The notes under the pieces were generated by a model, which saw only the letters and a list, made by a program, of their open reading frames with translations, ran no database searches and was not told the DNA's origin. From Escherichia coli O157:H7 (GTDB lineage Bacteria > Pseudomonadota > Gammaproteobacteria > Enterobacterales > Enterobacteriaceae), in assembly GCF_013167455.1 (NCBI RefSeq), contig NZ_CP038328.1: a stretch of 64,000 nucleotides of DNA. One strand, 5' to 3'. Positions within the stretch are counted from its first letter, which is position 1; every line of letters begins with the position of its first letter. Shown piece by piece: positions 17,947 through 26,950 of the stretch. The translations under genes and the position numbers were made by a program.

Positions 17947-18660
17947 TCAATAATCAAGCCCTTGCCTGGATACATATCTGTCTGGCGGGAAGCCATAATA
18001 GCGGTGAAATACAGAAATAAAGTAGGACCTGCTTGAATAACCGCATTTTTCTGCTATAGCCTGTCCATATCCATGCCGGGAACATAACATATTTACAGCA
18101 ACACGCATCCGCTCTTCCAGCAACAAGCGACTGAACATGCCCCCTTCATTTTTCAGTTTTGTCTTTAACAAACTCTCACTCATATGCAACTGTAGAGCAA
18201 TCGCACCAAGCGTCCAGCTTGCTGATATATCTGTCTGAATTATCGCCCTGACTTTGGCACTTATGCTGGATAAACATCCACTTAAAAACAATGACATCCG
18301 TTCATCTGTTTCAAACAGAGACAGGCAGGCCATCATAAGAAACATATCCGTGGCCTCTCCGGAAAATCCCTGGCTGGTAATTAAAGCCGCAGCCAACGCA
18401 GGATTGTTGGGTTCCAGCAACAGGTAAAGCGGAATGTCAGTCAGACGAGTCCTCGTCAGCTTATGCTGACTTTCCAGATATTGACTTACGACGGATTCGC
18501 TGATATCGACAATTTTAACTTTGCCATAATGCATAAGGAAAAGCTCCCTGATGCATTTGGTGGCCAGAACAACTGAGCCTGGCTTAAGTGACAACGTATC
18601 CTTTTCAAGAAAAATATTAATTGGGGAGCAAACCATGATAACTGAACAGACAACAGCCAT
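17947..18660 (-). CDS. AraC-family transcriptional regulator (prophage moron)
   Basis: 237 aa; C-terminal AraC HTH region …LGAIALQLHMSESLLKTKLKNEGGMFSRLLLEERMRVAVNML…GYSSRSYFISVFHRYYGFPPDRY. Confidence 0.7.
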   Translation of the reverse strand: MAVVCSVIMVCSPINIFLEKDTLSLKPGSVVLATKCIRELFLMHYGKVKIVDISESVVSQYLESQHKLTRTRLTDIPLYLLLEPNNPALAAALITSQGFSGEATDMFLMMACLSLFETDERMSLFLSGCLSSISAKVRAIIQTDISASWTLGAIALQLHMSESLLKTKLKNEGGMFSRLLLEERMRVAVNMLCSRHGYGQAIAEKCGYSSRSYFISVFHRYYGFPPDRYVSRQGLDY

Positions 18661-18794
18661 TATAATTTTACTTTCATTAGCAATTGGTTAGCTCAATTAT
18701 AGCCCCAAAAGGTAAATTATCATCAACACATAAGCAAAGGACTGACAGGTGTCGCCCCCCCACCAGCCGCCCATTCACCACAAATAAAAAGCCT

Positions 18795-18992
18795 TCAGGA
18801 CTGAAGGCGTCTGTAACAACCGCACTGATAGTCTGCCAGACCCGCCATAACAAGCTGGGTCAGTATTAACTGGCAGCGTTCGCGTGAAAGGTAAGTATTC
18901 TGCGCAATCTCCCCGACTGTCGCCGGTTCGGTAACGCTTAATTCATCAAACACAACTCTGGCGGTTTCTGTCATATCCTGCTGTTTCAGCAT
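18795..18992 (-). CDS. small putative winged-helix DNA-binding protein
   Basis: 65-aa ORF upstream of the AraC gene; …TVGEIAQNTYLSRERCQLILTQLVMAGL… resembles small wHTH regulators. Confidence 0.35.
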   Translation of the reverse strand: MLKQQDMTETARVVFDELSVTEPATVGEIAQNTYLSRERCQLILTQLVMAGLADYQCGCYRRLQS

Positions 18993-19116
18993 GTCTTTTT
19001 ACCCTTTCCGGTTAACGTGACATACCAATAACTCTTGTCTAAAAAGCCAGCAAGATAAAAAGCCAGTATTCACGACCACCAGCGTGTTTACTGTACTGCA
19101 CCAGGTTTACAGGTAC

Positions 19117-19140
19117 AAAAAAACCGCTCAGCGGCGGGTT
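19117..19140 (-). terminator. stem-loop plus U-tract (candidate late-operon terminator/antitermination target)
   Basis: Plus strand aaaaaaaccgctcagcggcggg; on minus strand a GC stem followed by U7. Confidence 0.4.
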
Positions 19141-19264
19141 TAAGTTGTGTGGCGAAGTAACCACTCTTAACAGCATATTTGATTTTTTACGATTGTAAAC
19201 GGTTGATTATTCATCTCCAATAAAAATAATTGTGTGGGTATGCCCTTAACAATGGATAAGAAAC

Positions 19265-19711
19265 ATGAATAAAATGACTGTACTATTACTTAGCGCAACT
19301 ATCATTTCAGGTTGTACTTCTTCCGTACCATTGATAAAGAAAACTCAATCAGGAAAACCTGAGGGGGTTTATCAAAATACGACAAAAGATAAAGTCAAAG
19401 ATGCCCTTGTGAATTACTGCAATAGTAGAGGGTTGATAATTTACAACGCGGATAACAGCAGTGTTATATGTGGTAAAGAACTGGAAGGCGGCTCTGCTGT
19501 TTTTGGACAAATGTTAATCGGCAATGCCTATTCAACAACCCCGGTATCAAAAGTCAGATTTACTATCGCTCAAGTTAATAACGATACAAAAGTGTGGGCC
19601 GATATGTGGATGGAAACTCAAATGGCAATGGGGCAAGTACAACAAATGTCTATAACAGACAACGCAAGCAAAAACACTATCCAACAACGTCTTGATGAAT
19701 TAAAACCTTAA
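19265..19711 (+). CDS. AT-rich lipoprotein (moron)
   Basis: 148 aa; signal peptide with lipobox LLSATIISGC; opposite strand to all surrounding late genes; own hairpin terminator at 19726-19747. Confidence 0.6.
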   Translation: MNKMTVLLLSATIISGCTSSVPLIKKTQSGKPEGVYQNTTKDKVKDALVNYCNSRGLIIYNADNSSVICGKELEGGSAVFGQMLIGNAYSTTPVSKVRFTIAQVNNDTKVWADMWMETQMAMGQVQQMSITDNASKNTIQQRLDELKP

Positions 19712-19791
19712 ATAAATTAAATAAAATGGGGAGAATAAATCGACTCCCCACACATTAAACTGATTCAATTACCCCCTCAATAAGAGGTCTT

Positions 19792-20172
19792 CTAACGATC
19801 CATCTCTAGCTCAATTTCTAACATCATTAACATGCCATCAACTACACCTTCAGCCTTTTGCAATAAACGCCCAACCCAGCAATCAGAACGCCCATGTTTA
19901 CGGGCAAGCGCCATAAAAGTCATACCACCTACATAATAATCCACTAATAAATCGTGCAAATCGCTGTTGTTCTTTTTCAGGCGAGCCATGCATCCACAAA
20001 TGATCATCGCGTCATCGTCACAACATTGCGGGCGGGATTTTACTTTTGAAGGGATTAGTCCTTTAAACCCTGCAGCAATAGACGACCAGGTGACATCCTC
20101 GTGATTATTTGCCACCCATGCCCCCCAACGTTCAAGAACCATTTGAATATCACGCATCAACTTTCTCCACAA
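19792..20172 (-). CDS. Q: late antiterminator Q (933W-type)
   Basis: …[60 protein letters not shown]… matches Q of Stx-type phages from memory; alternative start at 20157. Confidence 0.8.
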   Translation of the reverse strand: MWRKLMRDIQMVLERWGAWVANNHEDVTWSSIAAGFKGLIPSKVKSRPQCCDDDAMIICGCMARLKKNNSDLHDLLVDYYVGGMTFMALARKHGRSDCWVGRLLQKAEGVVDGMLMMLEIELEMDR

Positions 20173-20174
20173 AA

Positions 20175-21170
20175 TCAGGCCAGCACGCCAATTGCCAGCG
20201 CACGATCGATAAAACGAAATATCAGCTCCAGCTGGGAGCCATACTTCTCTTCAAATGCCACGGTATCCGCATGCAGCTCGTCGTGATGCTTTCTGCACAA
20301 AGGCAACACAAAAAGGTCATGCGCTTTTGTTCCCATTCCACCCTGACCGTGACCTATCAGGTGGTGGGGATCATCAGCGGGCTTTCCACAACATGCACAC
20401 GGCTGTGTCTTAACCCAGCGCGTGTACTTTTCATTAACCCAGCGGCGACGTTTTGGGCGTAACATAAAAGACTCCGGCGACTCCGGATCCACTTTCAGCG
20501 CCAGCACCTTTTTCGCCTTATCCTGGATGATGCTGGTGGCAGGAACCGAAGGCACAAGGTCACTTTCCCGGGTAACAGACGGCACAACAGGCTTCGGTAA
20601 TCTCAGTGCCTTACGGGCTGCACTTTCCGGTAAGGCATCCGCCAGATCATTACGAATCAGCCACCAGCACAGTTCCGGCATTGTCACAACGTGACTGTCA
20701 TCAAAACCGAGATCCCGACGCACAACAGACAACACCCAGCGGGCACAGTTATCCGTTGCCATTGATTCCAGCCGTTCCGTGAACTGATCGCGCAGCTGGT
20801 TATCGCAGTGCCAGCACAGACGGATTGCACCCGGAGCGTGTCGCATTGTGGTCATGTTCTCGCTGTGCCAGTCGGAATGAGGCCACTGGCAGCCTTTTTC
20901 ACGAAGTAACCAGCTTTCAAGACATTCCACGCCACCAGCACGACGGATCACTGCCTCATTGCGGAACACGGCCCGAACGGCAGGATCATCCGCCAGCGGT
21001 TGTGATGCCGCCGGAACGGCACCACTGGCGAAAGATGAATAACGCTCCGGCTCAGGCTCCAGCAGGACACGCCCCTGCATAAACAGGGGCATCAGCTCTG
21101 AACCTGGCCTGAACAATACGATCCCCATACGCGGGGCAATTTCAGGGGTCAGTAGTGCTCTCACGGTCAC
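20175..21170 (-). CDS. DUF968-family prophage protein with C-terminal HNH-like Cys/His motif
   Basis: 331 aa; C-terminus …[45 protein letters not shown]…; immediately upstream of Q. Confidence 0.55.
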   Translation of the reverse strand: MTVRALLTPEIAPRMGIVLFRPGSELMPLFMQGRVLLEPEPERYSSFASGAVPAASQPLADDPAVRAVFRNEAVIRRAGGVECLESWLLREKGCQWPHSDWHSENMTTMRHAPGAIRLCWHCDNQLRDQFTERLESMATDNCARWVLSVVRRDLGFDDSHVVTMPELCWWLIRNDLADALPESAARKALRLPKPVVPSVTRESDLVPSVPATSIIQDKAKKVLALKVDPESPESFMLRPKRRRWVNEKYTRWVKTQPCACCGKPADDPHHLIGHGQGGMGTKAHDLFVLPLCRKHHDELHADTVAFEEKYGSQLELIFRFIDRALAIGVLA

Positions 21171-21171
21171 C

Positions 21172-22389
21172 TCAATGAACGGTATCGAGCAGCTTTAACA
21201 GCTCAGGGAATCGGGATTCGAAGAAATGCGGCTGCGTCTCGCGCGGATTTGCGGGACTGGTGATGTTCTTGCCGAACATGCAGCCTTTCGCTGTCAGCGA
21301 CCAGAATTTTTTGATGTTGTTAATCGCGGTACGACTGTATCGTTCGCGCTGCTCGACGATCCCCAGTTTCACCATCTGGTGATATGCCTGATTAGCCGTC
21401 AGGCGTATACCATACTGTTTCAGCAGTGCACTCAGTGACAGTGTCGGGCGACTTGAGCCATCGTGTGCATCAGCAGGAGCATCAATGGCATAGCGCGGTG
21501 CCAGATTCGGTAAGCCAACAGCCTCCTGGAGTTTCTGACAGGCACCAAGCACAGATGAGTTAGACAGGTTTAACTCCCGACGCATAAAGTCCAGCAGAAT
21601 CACACCAGCCTGCATCTTGTCAGCAGCCTGTCCGGATAATTTTTCCGGTGCGCTGGTTACCATGTCGAAAGTACGGATCACCTTAAGATGGAATGACGGG
21701 CTTATCCACATTGCATAGGCATACACCAGTTCCTTGCAGACATACGTTCCCCGTTCATTTCCCCCATGAATCACACTCACCGGGTCAACACCCAAATTCT
21801 GGGTGTTGGTCAATTCATGAACAAGTTCAACAGTTTGTTGGCTGGAAAGAAACTTTCCTGGCTCCTTGGTTCTGGCATTTGCACCAGATGCTACTGCTGC
21901 GCGATGTAGATCGTTCAGGCTGTAACGCCCATAAACATCACGACGAACTTCAATACCATCAATGACCATCAGATTATTCATACTTCGTTTCTCCTCTTGA
22001 TCAGGCGGCTGCACCCGCCGTTTTCTCGTACTTACTGATAGTGATCTCGACCTTCCCTTTCGGGATAACCGGTCCCACTCCACCAGCATTCTTTTCACCT
22101 GACTGTCGTCTTCCCACACACCCGCGTGGGTCAGGGCGTCAAACAGCGCCTTGTTATAGTTGTCCAGATCGCGGATCCTGTTATCCGGAGGAAACAACAC
22201 GATCTCCACTGAAGCAGGTGCCGACGTTGGTTTCGGCAGACGACGTAACTGCTCAATGATGGCGGCACACGCCGCGCTCTGAAATTTTCGCCCCGCCTCG
22301 CTTATCAGGCTCTTACCAGCAAATGCCCCTTTGTTGGGGTGTCGCCAGTACGTGTTCACGCTGGGCGGGAAAGGCAGGATCAGCTTCAT
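21172..22389 (-). CDS. RusA-like Holliday-junction resolvase fused in frame to a KilA-N-domain protein
   Basis: N-terminus MKLILPFPPSVNTYWRH…RDLDNYNKALFDALTHAGVWEDDSQV (RusA); from MNNLMVIDGIEVRRDVYGRYSLNDLHRAAV (KilA-N) with its own AGGAGA RBS; no stop between the two. Confidence 0.6.
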   Translation of the reverse strand: MKLILPFPPSVNTYWRHPNKGAFAGKSLISEAGRKFQSAACAAIIEQLRRLPKPTSAPASVEIVLFPPDNRIRDLDNYNKALFDALTHAGVWEDDSQVKRMLVEWDRLSRKGRSRSLSVSTRKRRVQPPDQEEKRSMNNLMVIDGIEVRRDVYGRYSLNDLHRAAVASGANARTKEPGKFLSSQQTVELVHELTNTQNLGVDPVSVIHGGNERGTYVCKELVYAYAMWISPSFHLKVIRTFDMVTSAPEKLSGQAADKMQAGVILLDFMRRELNLSNSSVLGACQKLQEAVGLPNLAPRYAIDAPADAHDGSSRPTLSLSALLKQYGIRLTANQAYHQMVKLGIVEQRERYSRTAINNIKKFWSLTAKGCMFGKNITSPANPRETQPHFFESRFPELLKLLDTVH

Positions 22390-22712
22390 ACTTTCAGGCC
22401 CCTCTGATGTAACCAGTGGGTTGCACGCAGCCTGGCGTTTTCCTCACCGGCAAGCAGTGAGCGGATAATCCCGACCGCCTCGCTGTCGTCGTCCTTCACC
22501 GCGGTATGAAGCGTGATGCCCCGGGCCACGCCACGCTTTATCGTGATGACACCTTTTTTCTCCAGTGCGCGAAGATGCTCCACCGCTGCATTCACTGAAC
22601 GGTATCCCAGCATGATTGCCACCTCCTGATTGGTTGGCGGGAAGCCACGTTCTTTCTGATAAGAAATCAGCATATCCAGCACCTGCTGCTGGCATTGAGT
22701 TAACGTCGTCAT
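22386..22712 (-). CDS. LexA-like DNA-binding domain protein lacking the peptidase domain
   Basis: 108 aa; MTTLTQCQQQVLDMLISYQKERGFPPTNQEVAIMLGYRSVNAAVEHLRALEKKGVITIKRGVARGI parallels LexA residues 1-70. Confidence 0.65.
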   Translation of the reverse strand: MTTLTQCQQQVLDMLISYQKERGFPPTNQEVAIMLGYRSVNAAVEHLRALEKKGVITIKRGVARGITLHTAVKDDDSEAVGIIRSLLAGEENARLRATHWLHQRGLKV

Positions 22713-23362
22713 GCCGCCATCTCCCTGACCAGTTTTTCCGCCTGCTGGCGAACCTGCGCCAGAAACGCCTCACCACATGCCTCAAGTTCATCGCGCCCGA
22801 TGTAGCTGATTGCCGGTCCCTTCCAGGTCTTATCGAAAACAGCAATAGCACCAGCGAAGAAAGCGCCTGTCGGCACCTGCTTCTCATCCTTCGGGATAAA
22901 CCAGGCAGGCAGTTCAAAACCAATACGCCCGCGAATAAAAGCAATATGGTCCGCATCTTCCGGCCACCACACTTCGCTGGTGGCAGCTTTGATCAGGAAA
23001 ACATAGCGCCCACCCTTATCACGCATGGCACTGGCATGTTTCATGATGTAACGCATGCCGGTGATGTATTGCCCCTCATGCTGACTGGCGCGGCTGTATG
23101 GGGGATTACCAAAGGCAGCCCCTTTAAGCTCCGCAAGACGTTCTGACCAGTCATGCGCCAGCGCGTTGTCTTCCGCCGTGTAATACGCAGCACATTTGGC
23201 GTTATCACCGTCAGTGAACAGATCCAGAACAAACGGGCCAAACAGGGTGTTAATTCCCCAGAAAATGTTGTCCGGCGTGCGCCACTGATCACCCACTTCC
23301 TTCAGTTCATGGGCTGGTTTGTTCCGCAGTTCCACCAGCTCCTGGCAATATTTATTACTCAT
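22709..23362 (-). CDS. phage DNA N6-adenine methyltransferase
   Basis: …AAFGNPPYSRASQ… (NPPY motif); start MSNKYCQELVELRNK taken at 23362, sharing one base with the upstream stop (TAATG). Confidence 0.7.
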   Translation of the reverse strand: MSNKYCQELVELRNKPAHELKEVGDQWRTPDNIFWGINTLFGPFVLDLFTDGDNAKCAAYYTAEDNALAHDWSERLAELKGAAFGNPPYSRASQHEGQYITGMRYIMKHASAMRDKGGRYVFLIKAATSEVWWPEDADHIAFIRGRIGFELPAWFIPKDEKQVPTGAFFAGAIAVFDKTWKGPAISYIGRDELEACGEAFLAQVRQQAEKLVREMAA

Positions 23363-23856
23363 TAAGCCCCCACGTAATTCCCTGACAGATACCACTCATC
23401 ACCCGATACAGCGCGCTTGCTGCTTTTCCGTAAACACTGCTCACGACGCGCCAGAAAATTGTTTCGTTCTGGCTGGGAGTGGCTTTCACGGAATGCCGCC
23501 ATCCACACCGTTGCAGCACGACGGTATAAGCCCCTGGACTCCAGTTCTTCCGCCTGGCGGGTCAGGCACAAAATCACCCGGGGATCGTTAGTGCCGACAT
23601 AGAAATTGCGCACAGGTCTGGTTTCACGAACTGGTTGTGGTTCCGGCTCCTGCGCTCTCTCAGTCAGGCGTGGGAAATGTCTGCGTGTATCTCCTTCACA
23701 ACGGTGAGCCACACGCCCACTCTGACGTAACTTGCTTGCTGACTGCAGAACGCGCTGCCGTGAGTAACCTGCAAAAGCATCCGCAATGTCTCCGGAAGTA
23801 CACCCCGGATGGGCTTCAATGAATTTCTGAACTTCATTCAAAAGACTCATGATCAC
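23362..23856 (-). CDS. putative regulator with PerC/ANR-like C-terminal motif
   Basis: 164 aa; …AEELESRGLYRRAATVWMAAFRESHSQPERNNFLARREQCL… resembles PerC-family proteins (recalled, unverified). Confidence 0.3.
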   Translation of the reverse strand: MIMSLLNEVQKFIEAHPGCTSGDIADAFAGYSRQRVLQSASKLRQSGRVAHRCEGDTRRHFPRLTERAQEPEPQPVRETRPVRNFYVGTNDPRVILCLTRQAEELESRGLYRRAATVWMAAFRESHSQPERNNFLARREQCLRKSSKRAVSGDEWYLSGNYVGA

Positions 23857-24671
23857 CCCCTGAATCCTGCCGGGATCTGGCTGTAGTCCACGTTGTCGTA
23901 ACTGGCTTTGAAGTACGGGTCCTCGCGTCTGGCTGCAGATACCGCAGGAACTTCCCAGGATTCTTCGAAATGACGATCCGGACCAAAGAACGTGACAGCC
24001 TGTTTCACAAATTGTGTGCCGCTGTTACCCATCGCAGATACCCAGCCCGCGTAGCGTTTCACACCTTCCAGCATGGTTTCGGGGTTTACCCCCTCATTCA
24101 AACGGGCTTTCCAGGCTTTGAAGGCTGCAGATTTTGAATTGCCACCAGCACGTTTGGGATATGCCAGCCATGCCTGCTCAAACTCCGGAGAGTATTCCGG
24201 TCGGTTTGAACGAACTCGCACGGACTCATCAACTGATGCACCAACAGCTATTGGTTCATTGACTGGTTCTTTGACTGGTTCAAAAGAGTGACTGGTTCTG
24301 GGTGAATCTCCTGCACTACCCCCTGGTGCAACTCCTGCACTACCTGGTGAATTTGCTGCGCCAGATAGTGAATTATTTGCACTACCCCCTAGTGAATCTC
24401 CTGCACCATCCAGATGAAGGAGATAGATATTACTTGAGTTACCTTTTTCACCTTTCCGGGTGACTTTTTTTACCAGCCCGGACTCACAAAGGGCCGCAAT
24501 ATGATTCATCACAGAACGTTTGCTAATCTCGCACTGGTCAGCAATATGCTGGTAGCTGGGCCAGCACTCCCCCTGATCGCTGGCATTATCAGCCAGCTTG
24601 ATCAGAACCAGTTTTCGCAATGGATTACCCACTCGAATTTTCATCGCTTTAACCATCAGCTCCATACTCAT
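23853..24671 (-). CDS. replication initiator (O-like: N-terminal HTH, low-complexity linker, C-terminal domain)
   Basis: 272 aa; …KLVLIKLADNASDQGECWPSYQHIADQCEISKRSVMNHIAALCESGLV…; middle encodes G/S/A/N-rich linker coinciding with DNA direct repeats. Confidence 0.55.
   Translation of the reverse strand: MSMELMVKAMKIRVGNPLRKLVLIKLADNASDQGECWPSYQHIADQCEISKRSVMNHIAALCESGLVKKVTRKGEKGNSSNIYLLHLDGAGDSLGGSANNSLSGAANSPGSAGVAPGGSAGDSPRTSHSFEPVKEPVNEPIAVGASVDESVRVRSNRPEYSPEFEQAWLAYPKRAGGNSKSAAFKAWKARLNEGVNPETMLEGVKRYAGWVSAMGNSGTQFVKQAVTFFGPDRHFEESWEVPAVSAARREDPYFKASYDNVDYSQIPAGFRG
24240..24420. repeat. two sets of short direct repeats (candidate origin iterons) inside the O-like gene
   Basis: 3x TGACTGGTTC (24262-24299) followed by about 5 copies of a 21-24-bp unit GTGAATCTCCTGCACTACCCCCT-like (24302-24415). 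Confidence 0.6.
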
Positions 24672-24892
24672 GCTGCACCTCCGAGATGCTTCATGTTTTT
24701 TCCGGAGCGAAAGGCTATAAGCGGCATACTGACGCGGTAATTACGGCCCAGCGGTTCACAAATCACCTTCTGACATTCACGGTCAACCAGGCTAACACGT
24801 AGAACATGCCCTGCAGGTGTGGTGTACCACTGACCCGGACGAGGACAACGGAAAGTCTGATTGGTAAACCGTTTGAAAATATTCCGGATCAT
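24668..24892 (-). CDS. hypothetical small protein
   Basis: 74-aa ORF translationally coupled (4-nt overlaps) to both neighbours. Confidence 0.4.
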   Translation of the reverse strand: MIRNIFKRFTNQTFRCPRPGQWYTTPAGHVLRVSLVDRECQKVICEPLGRNYRVSMPLIAFRSGKNMKHLGGAA

Positions 24893-26049
24893 TTGCGCCC
24901 CCTTACCTCTGAAGGGTTCAGCGACAAATTTATGAGGCAGGCCAGCGCCGAAGCATCATTAATATAATCATATAAGCTAACAGCCAGCGGAGATTCAGCT
25001 TTTGCCAACATAGGATAAAGCTGCTGCAGCCAGACCTTGTGGATTACCGACAGGTGGGAGTAAAGCACGCTGGCGTTATCTGCGGCATCGCTCAGCGTGG
25101 ATGGCTTTGAAAGCAGTTTTTCCATCTGGTTAAAGGCATTGATGTATGCCTCTTTGAACCGGGCAGCACGTTTACCCGTGAAACCCATAGCAAGAAACGC
25201 AAAACCGTCTCGTGTGATTTGATAGCAAGGGAGCTTGCGTGTACCACCGTTCGGTTGATTTACCGAAATCGATGTCTCCGCAAAATTGCGGGCACAAAAC
25301 TCAGGGGAACAATCCAGAGTGCGGATCTTTTTCAGCACATCGTCGTGACGCTTGGAGAAGAAGTTGGCAACAGCCAAAGAAGTGGTAACGGCCTGGCCGT
25401 TGTCAATGGTGATTTCAGGTTGAGTGAGGGCTTGGATCGTAGCCATGATGGCAGCCTCCGTTGACAGTGAAAAACTTCCACCACCGGAAACGCCAATTTC
25501 ACTGGTGGTGAACTGGACGGGGTTGGCGTAACCGGCGTCAACGGAGACCGGCGCACCTTTCGGTGCCCCCGCCCAGCCCACCATAATCTGGATGTGAGCA
25601 AATGCGGACGATAAAAAAGACGCTGGCGCGTCATACATCGCCGTTGACAATTTCAGGACGCCAATCCCGGCACCCGCTTTATAAGGTGCCTGAACAGTGT
25701 AACGTCCCGGAATTGCAGAATCAATATGCTGGTGGTCCTTCACACTCAACAAAATCACGCCTGAATTTCCACAAAGGACTAAAGCACTCATGCGGGTAGT
25801 CTTTGCGAAGATAGATAACGCGCTGTGTTTCTGGCTCCCAACGAATAACATGAACATAAAGTCCTCTTCCGTCACGAAACCAGCGGTTAAGTTCCTGCAC
25901 AACTCGCCCCCCACAGTCAGGTAAAGTTCTCTGTGGTTACTTACAGCCAGGTGATTTGGTAATCTGCATTCATGCCGTAACAACAAGTGTTCAGCGACGC
26001 TGACCACCAGCTGTTGCGACAAACGGTTATTTGCCGTTAAACTGTTCAT
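24889..26049 (-). CDS. Rha-family phage regulatory protein with unusual N-terminal extension
   Basis: 386-aa ORF; region MATIQALTQPEITIDNGQAVTTSLAVANFFSKRHDDVLKKIRTL…TRDGFAFLAMGFTGKRAARFKEAYINAFNQME is Rha-like; the first ~190 aa are unrecognised and may reflect a later true start. Confidence 0.5.
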   Translation of the reverse strand: MNSLTANNRLSQQLVVSVAEHLLLRHECRLPNHLAVSNHRELYLTVGGELCRNLTAGFVTEEDFMFMLFVGSQKHSALSIFAKTTRMSALVLCGNSGVILLSVKDHQHIDSAIPGRYTVQAPYKAGAGIGVLKLSTAMYDAPASFLSSAFAHIQIMVGWAGAPKGAPVSVDAGYANPVQFTTSEIGVSGGGSFSLSTEAAIMATIQALTQPEITIDNGQAVTTSLAVANFFSKRHDDVLKKIRTLDCSPEFCARNFAETSISVNQPNGGTRKLPCYQITRDGFAFLAMGFTGKRAARFKEAYINAFNQMEKLLSKPSTLSDAADNASVLYSHLSVIHKVWLQQLYPMLAKAESPLAVSLYDYINDASALACLINLSLNPSEVRGRK

Positions 26050-26630
26050 GCGTTAGTTTCTCCACAACCAGAAGCAATCGACGCCACGACGCCCGGAGCT
26101 GCACACTCGCGGGCGTTACTCTTTTCCGGTGCACAAAAAACACGAAATAACAGTGTTAAATGCTCCTGCCACTTCGCCATTACTTGGTAGCTGTTCTCTT
26201 CGATTTGCTCACGCTCAGCCTGGTCAATAACTCCATCAGCAGTTGCCTTGCGTAAGTACTGGGAATGCTTGCCAATCCATTCTATTGACTCCATCAGCCG
26301 CTGATTAATGTCACCATTGTCAATGTCATCAATGACCACCAGCGGCACAAACACCCCATAACTACGACGGGCTATTGCATCTGTTACATGCCTGGTACCA
26401 CTGGCATCCTGTAAAACCATGGCCCACTCAAGTGGAAAAATTTGATCCCCACCGCTACGCAGTCTGTTATGCAATTGATCTTTTGCTGGGGTGATATCAT
26501 CAGATTTATACAAACCAAGAATTTCTGCTGCTTCCTCATAGCCATGAGGTAAATCAGCAATCGTTCTTCGTATTGCTGCCACCAGCCATGCTGGTTGTTT
26601 ATCAACTTTCCATTCAGGTTCTTTACCCAC
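26046..26630 (-). CDS. early-right operon protein (CII position; possibly YdaT-like)
   Basis: 194-aa ORF immediately downstream of cro; no firm motif. Confidence 0.35.
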   Translation of the reverse strand: MGKEPEWKVDKQPAWLVAAIRRTIADLPHGYEEAAEILGLYKSDDITPAKDQLHNRLRSGGDQIFPLEWAMVLQDASGTRHVTDAIARRSYGVFVPLVVIDDIDNGDINQRLMESIEWIGKHSQYLRKATADGVIDQAEREQIEENSYQVMAKWQEHLTLLFRVFCAPEKSNARECAAPGVVASIASGCGETNA

Positions 26631-26657
26631 GGTTAATTCCTCATTTCTGTGGTGTTT

Positions 26658-26855
26658 TTATGCCGCAGCACTGTTAGTCTTTTGATATAAAGACACGTCA
26701 ACTTTCAGTTTCCCGTTAGTAATTTTTTCTAACTGGTACGCTCGGCCTTCAGGAATAATCTCAGGCCACTCTGAAACAGACGGATGCTTAATACCTAGGG
26801 CTTCGGCGGTTTTACAAACTCCGCCGAAATAATTAATCACGTCGGATTTCCGCAT
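26658..26855 (-). CDS. cro: Cro-like repressor
   Basis: 65 aa, divergent from the cI-like gene across an operator-containing 95-bp region. Confidence 0.7.
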   Translation of the reverse strand: MRKSDVINYFGGVCKTAEALGIKHPSVSEWPEIIPEGRAYQLEKITNGKLKVDVSLYQKTNSAAA

Positions 26856-26950
26856 TTCTGTCTCCCGTTAAATTACGTTAAGCAGAAATGTAGGATATCC
26901 AACATACCAATGTCAAGAATCCTACATAGTCATGTGGTAGGATTGCCTAC
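26856..26950. promoter_or_regulatory. OR-like operator/promoter region between cro and cI
   Basis: Three near-palindromic sites built on ATGTAGGAT…ATCCTACAT half-sites (26888-26905, 26919-26942, 26936-26951). Confidence 0.6.

Noticed and set aside
24889-25460. N-terminal 190 aa of the Rha-like ORF as an independent domain
   Set aside because: Sequence is compositionally odd and unrecognised; cannot tell whether it is a genuine N-terminal domain or an upstream extension before the true start, so the ORF is reported as a whole with reduced confidence.
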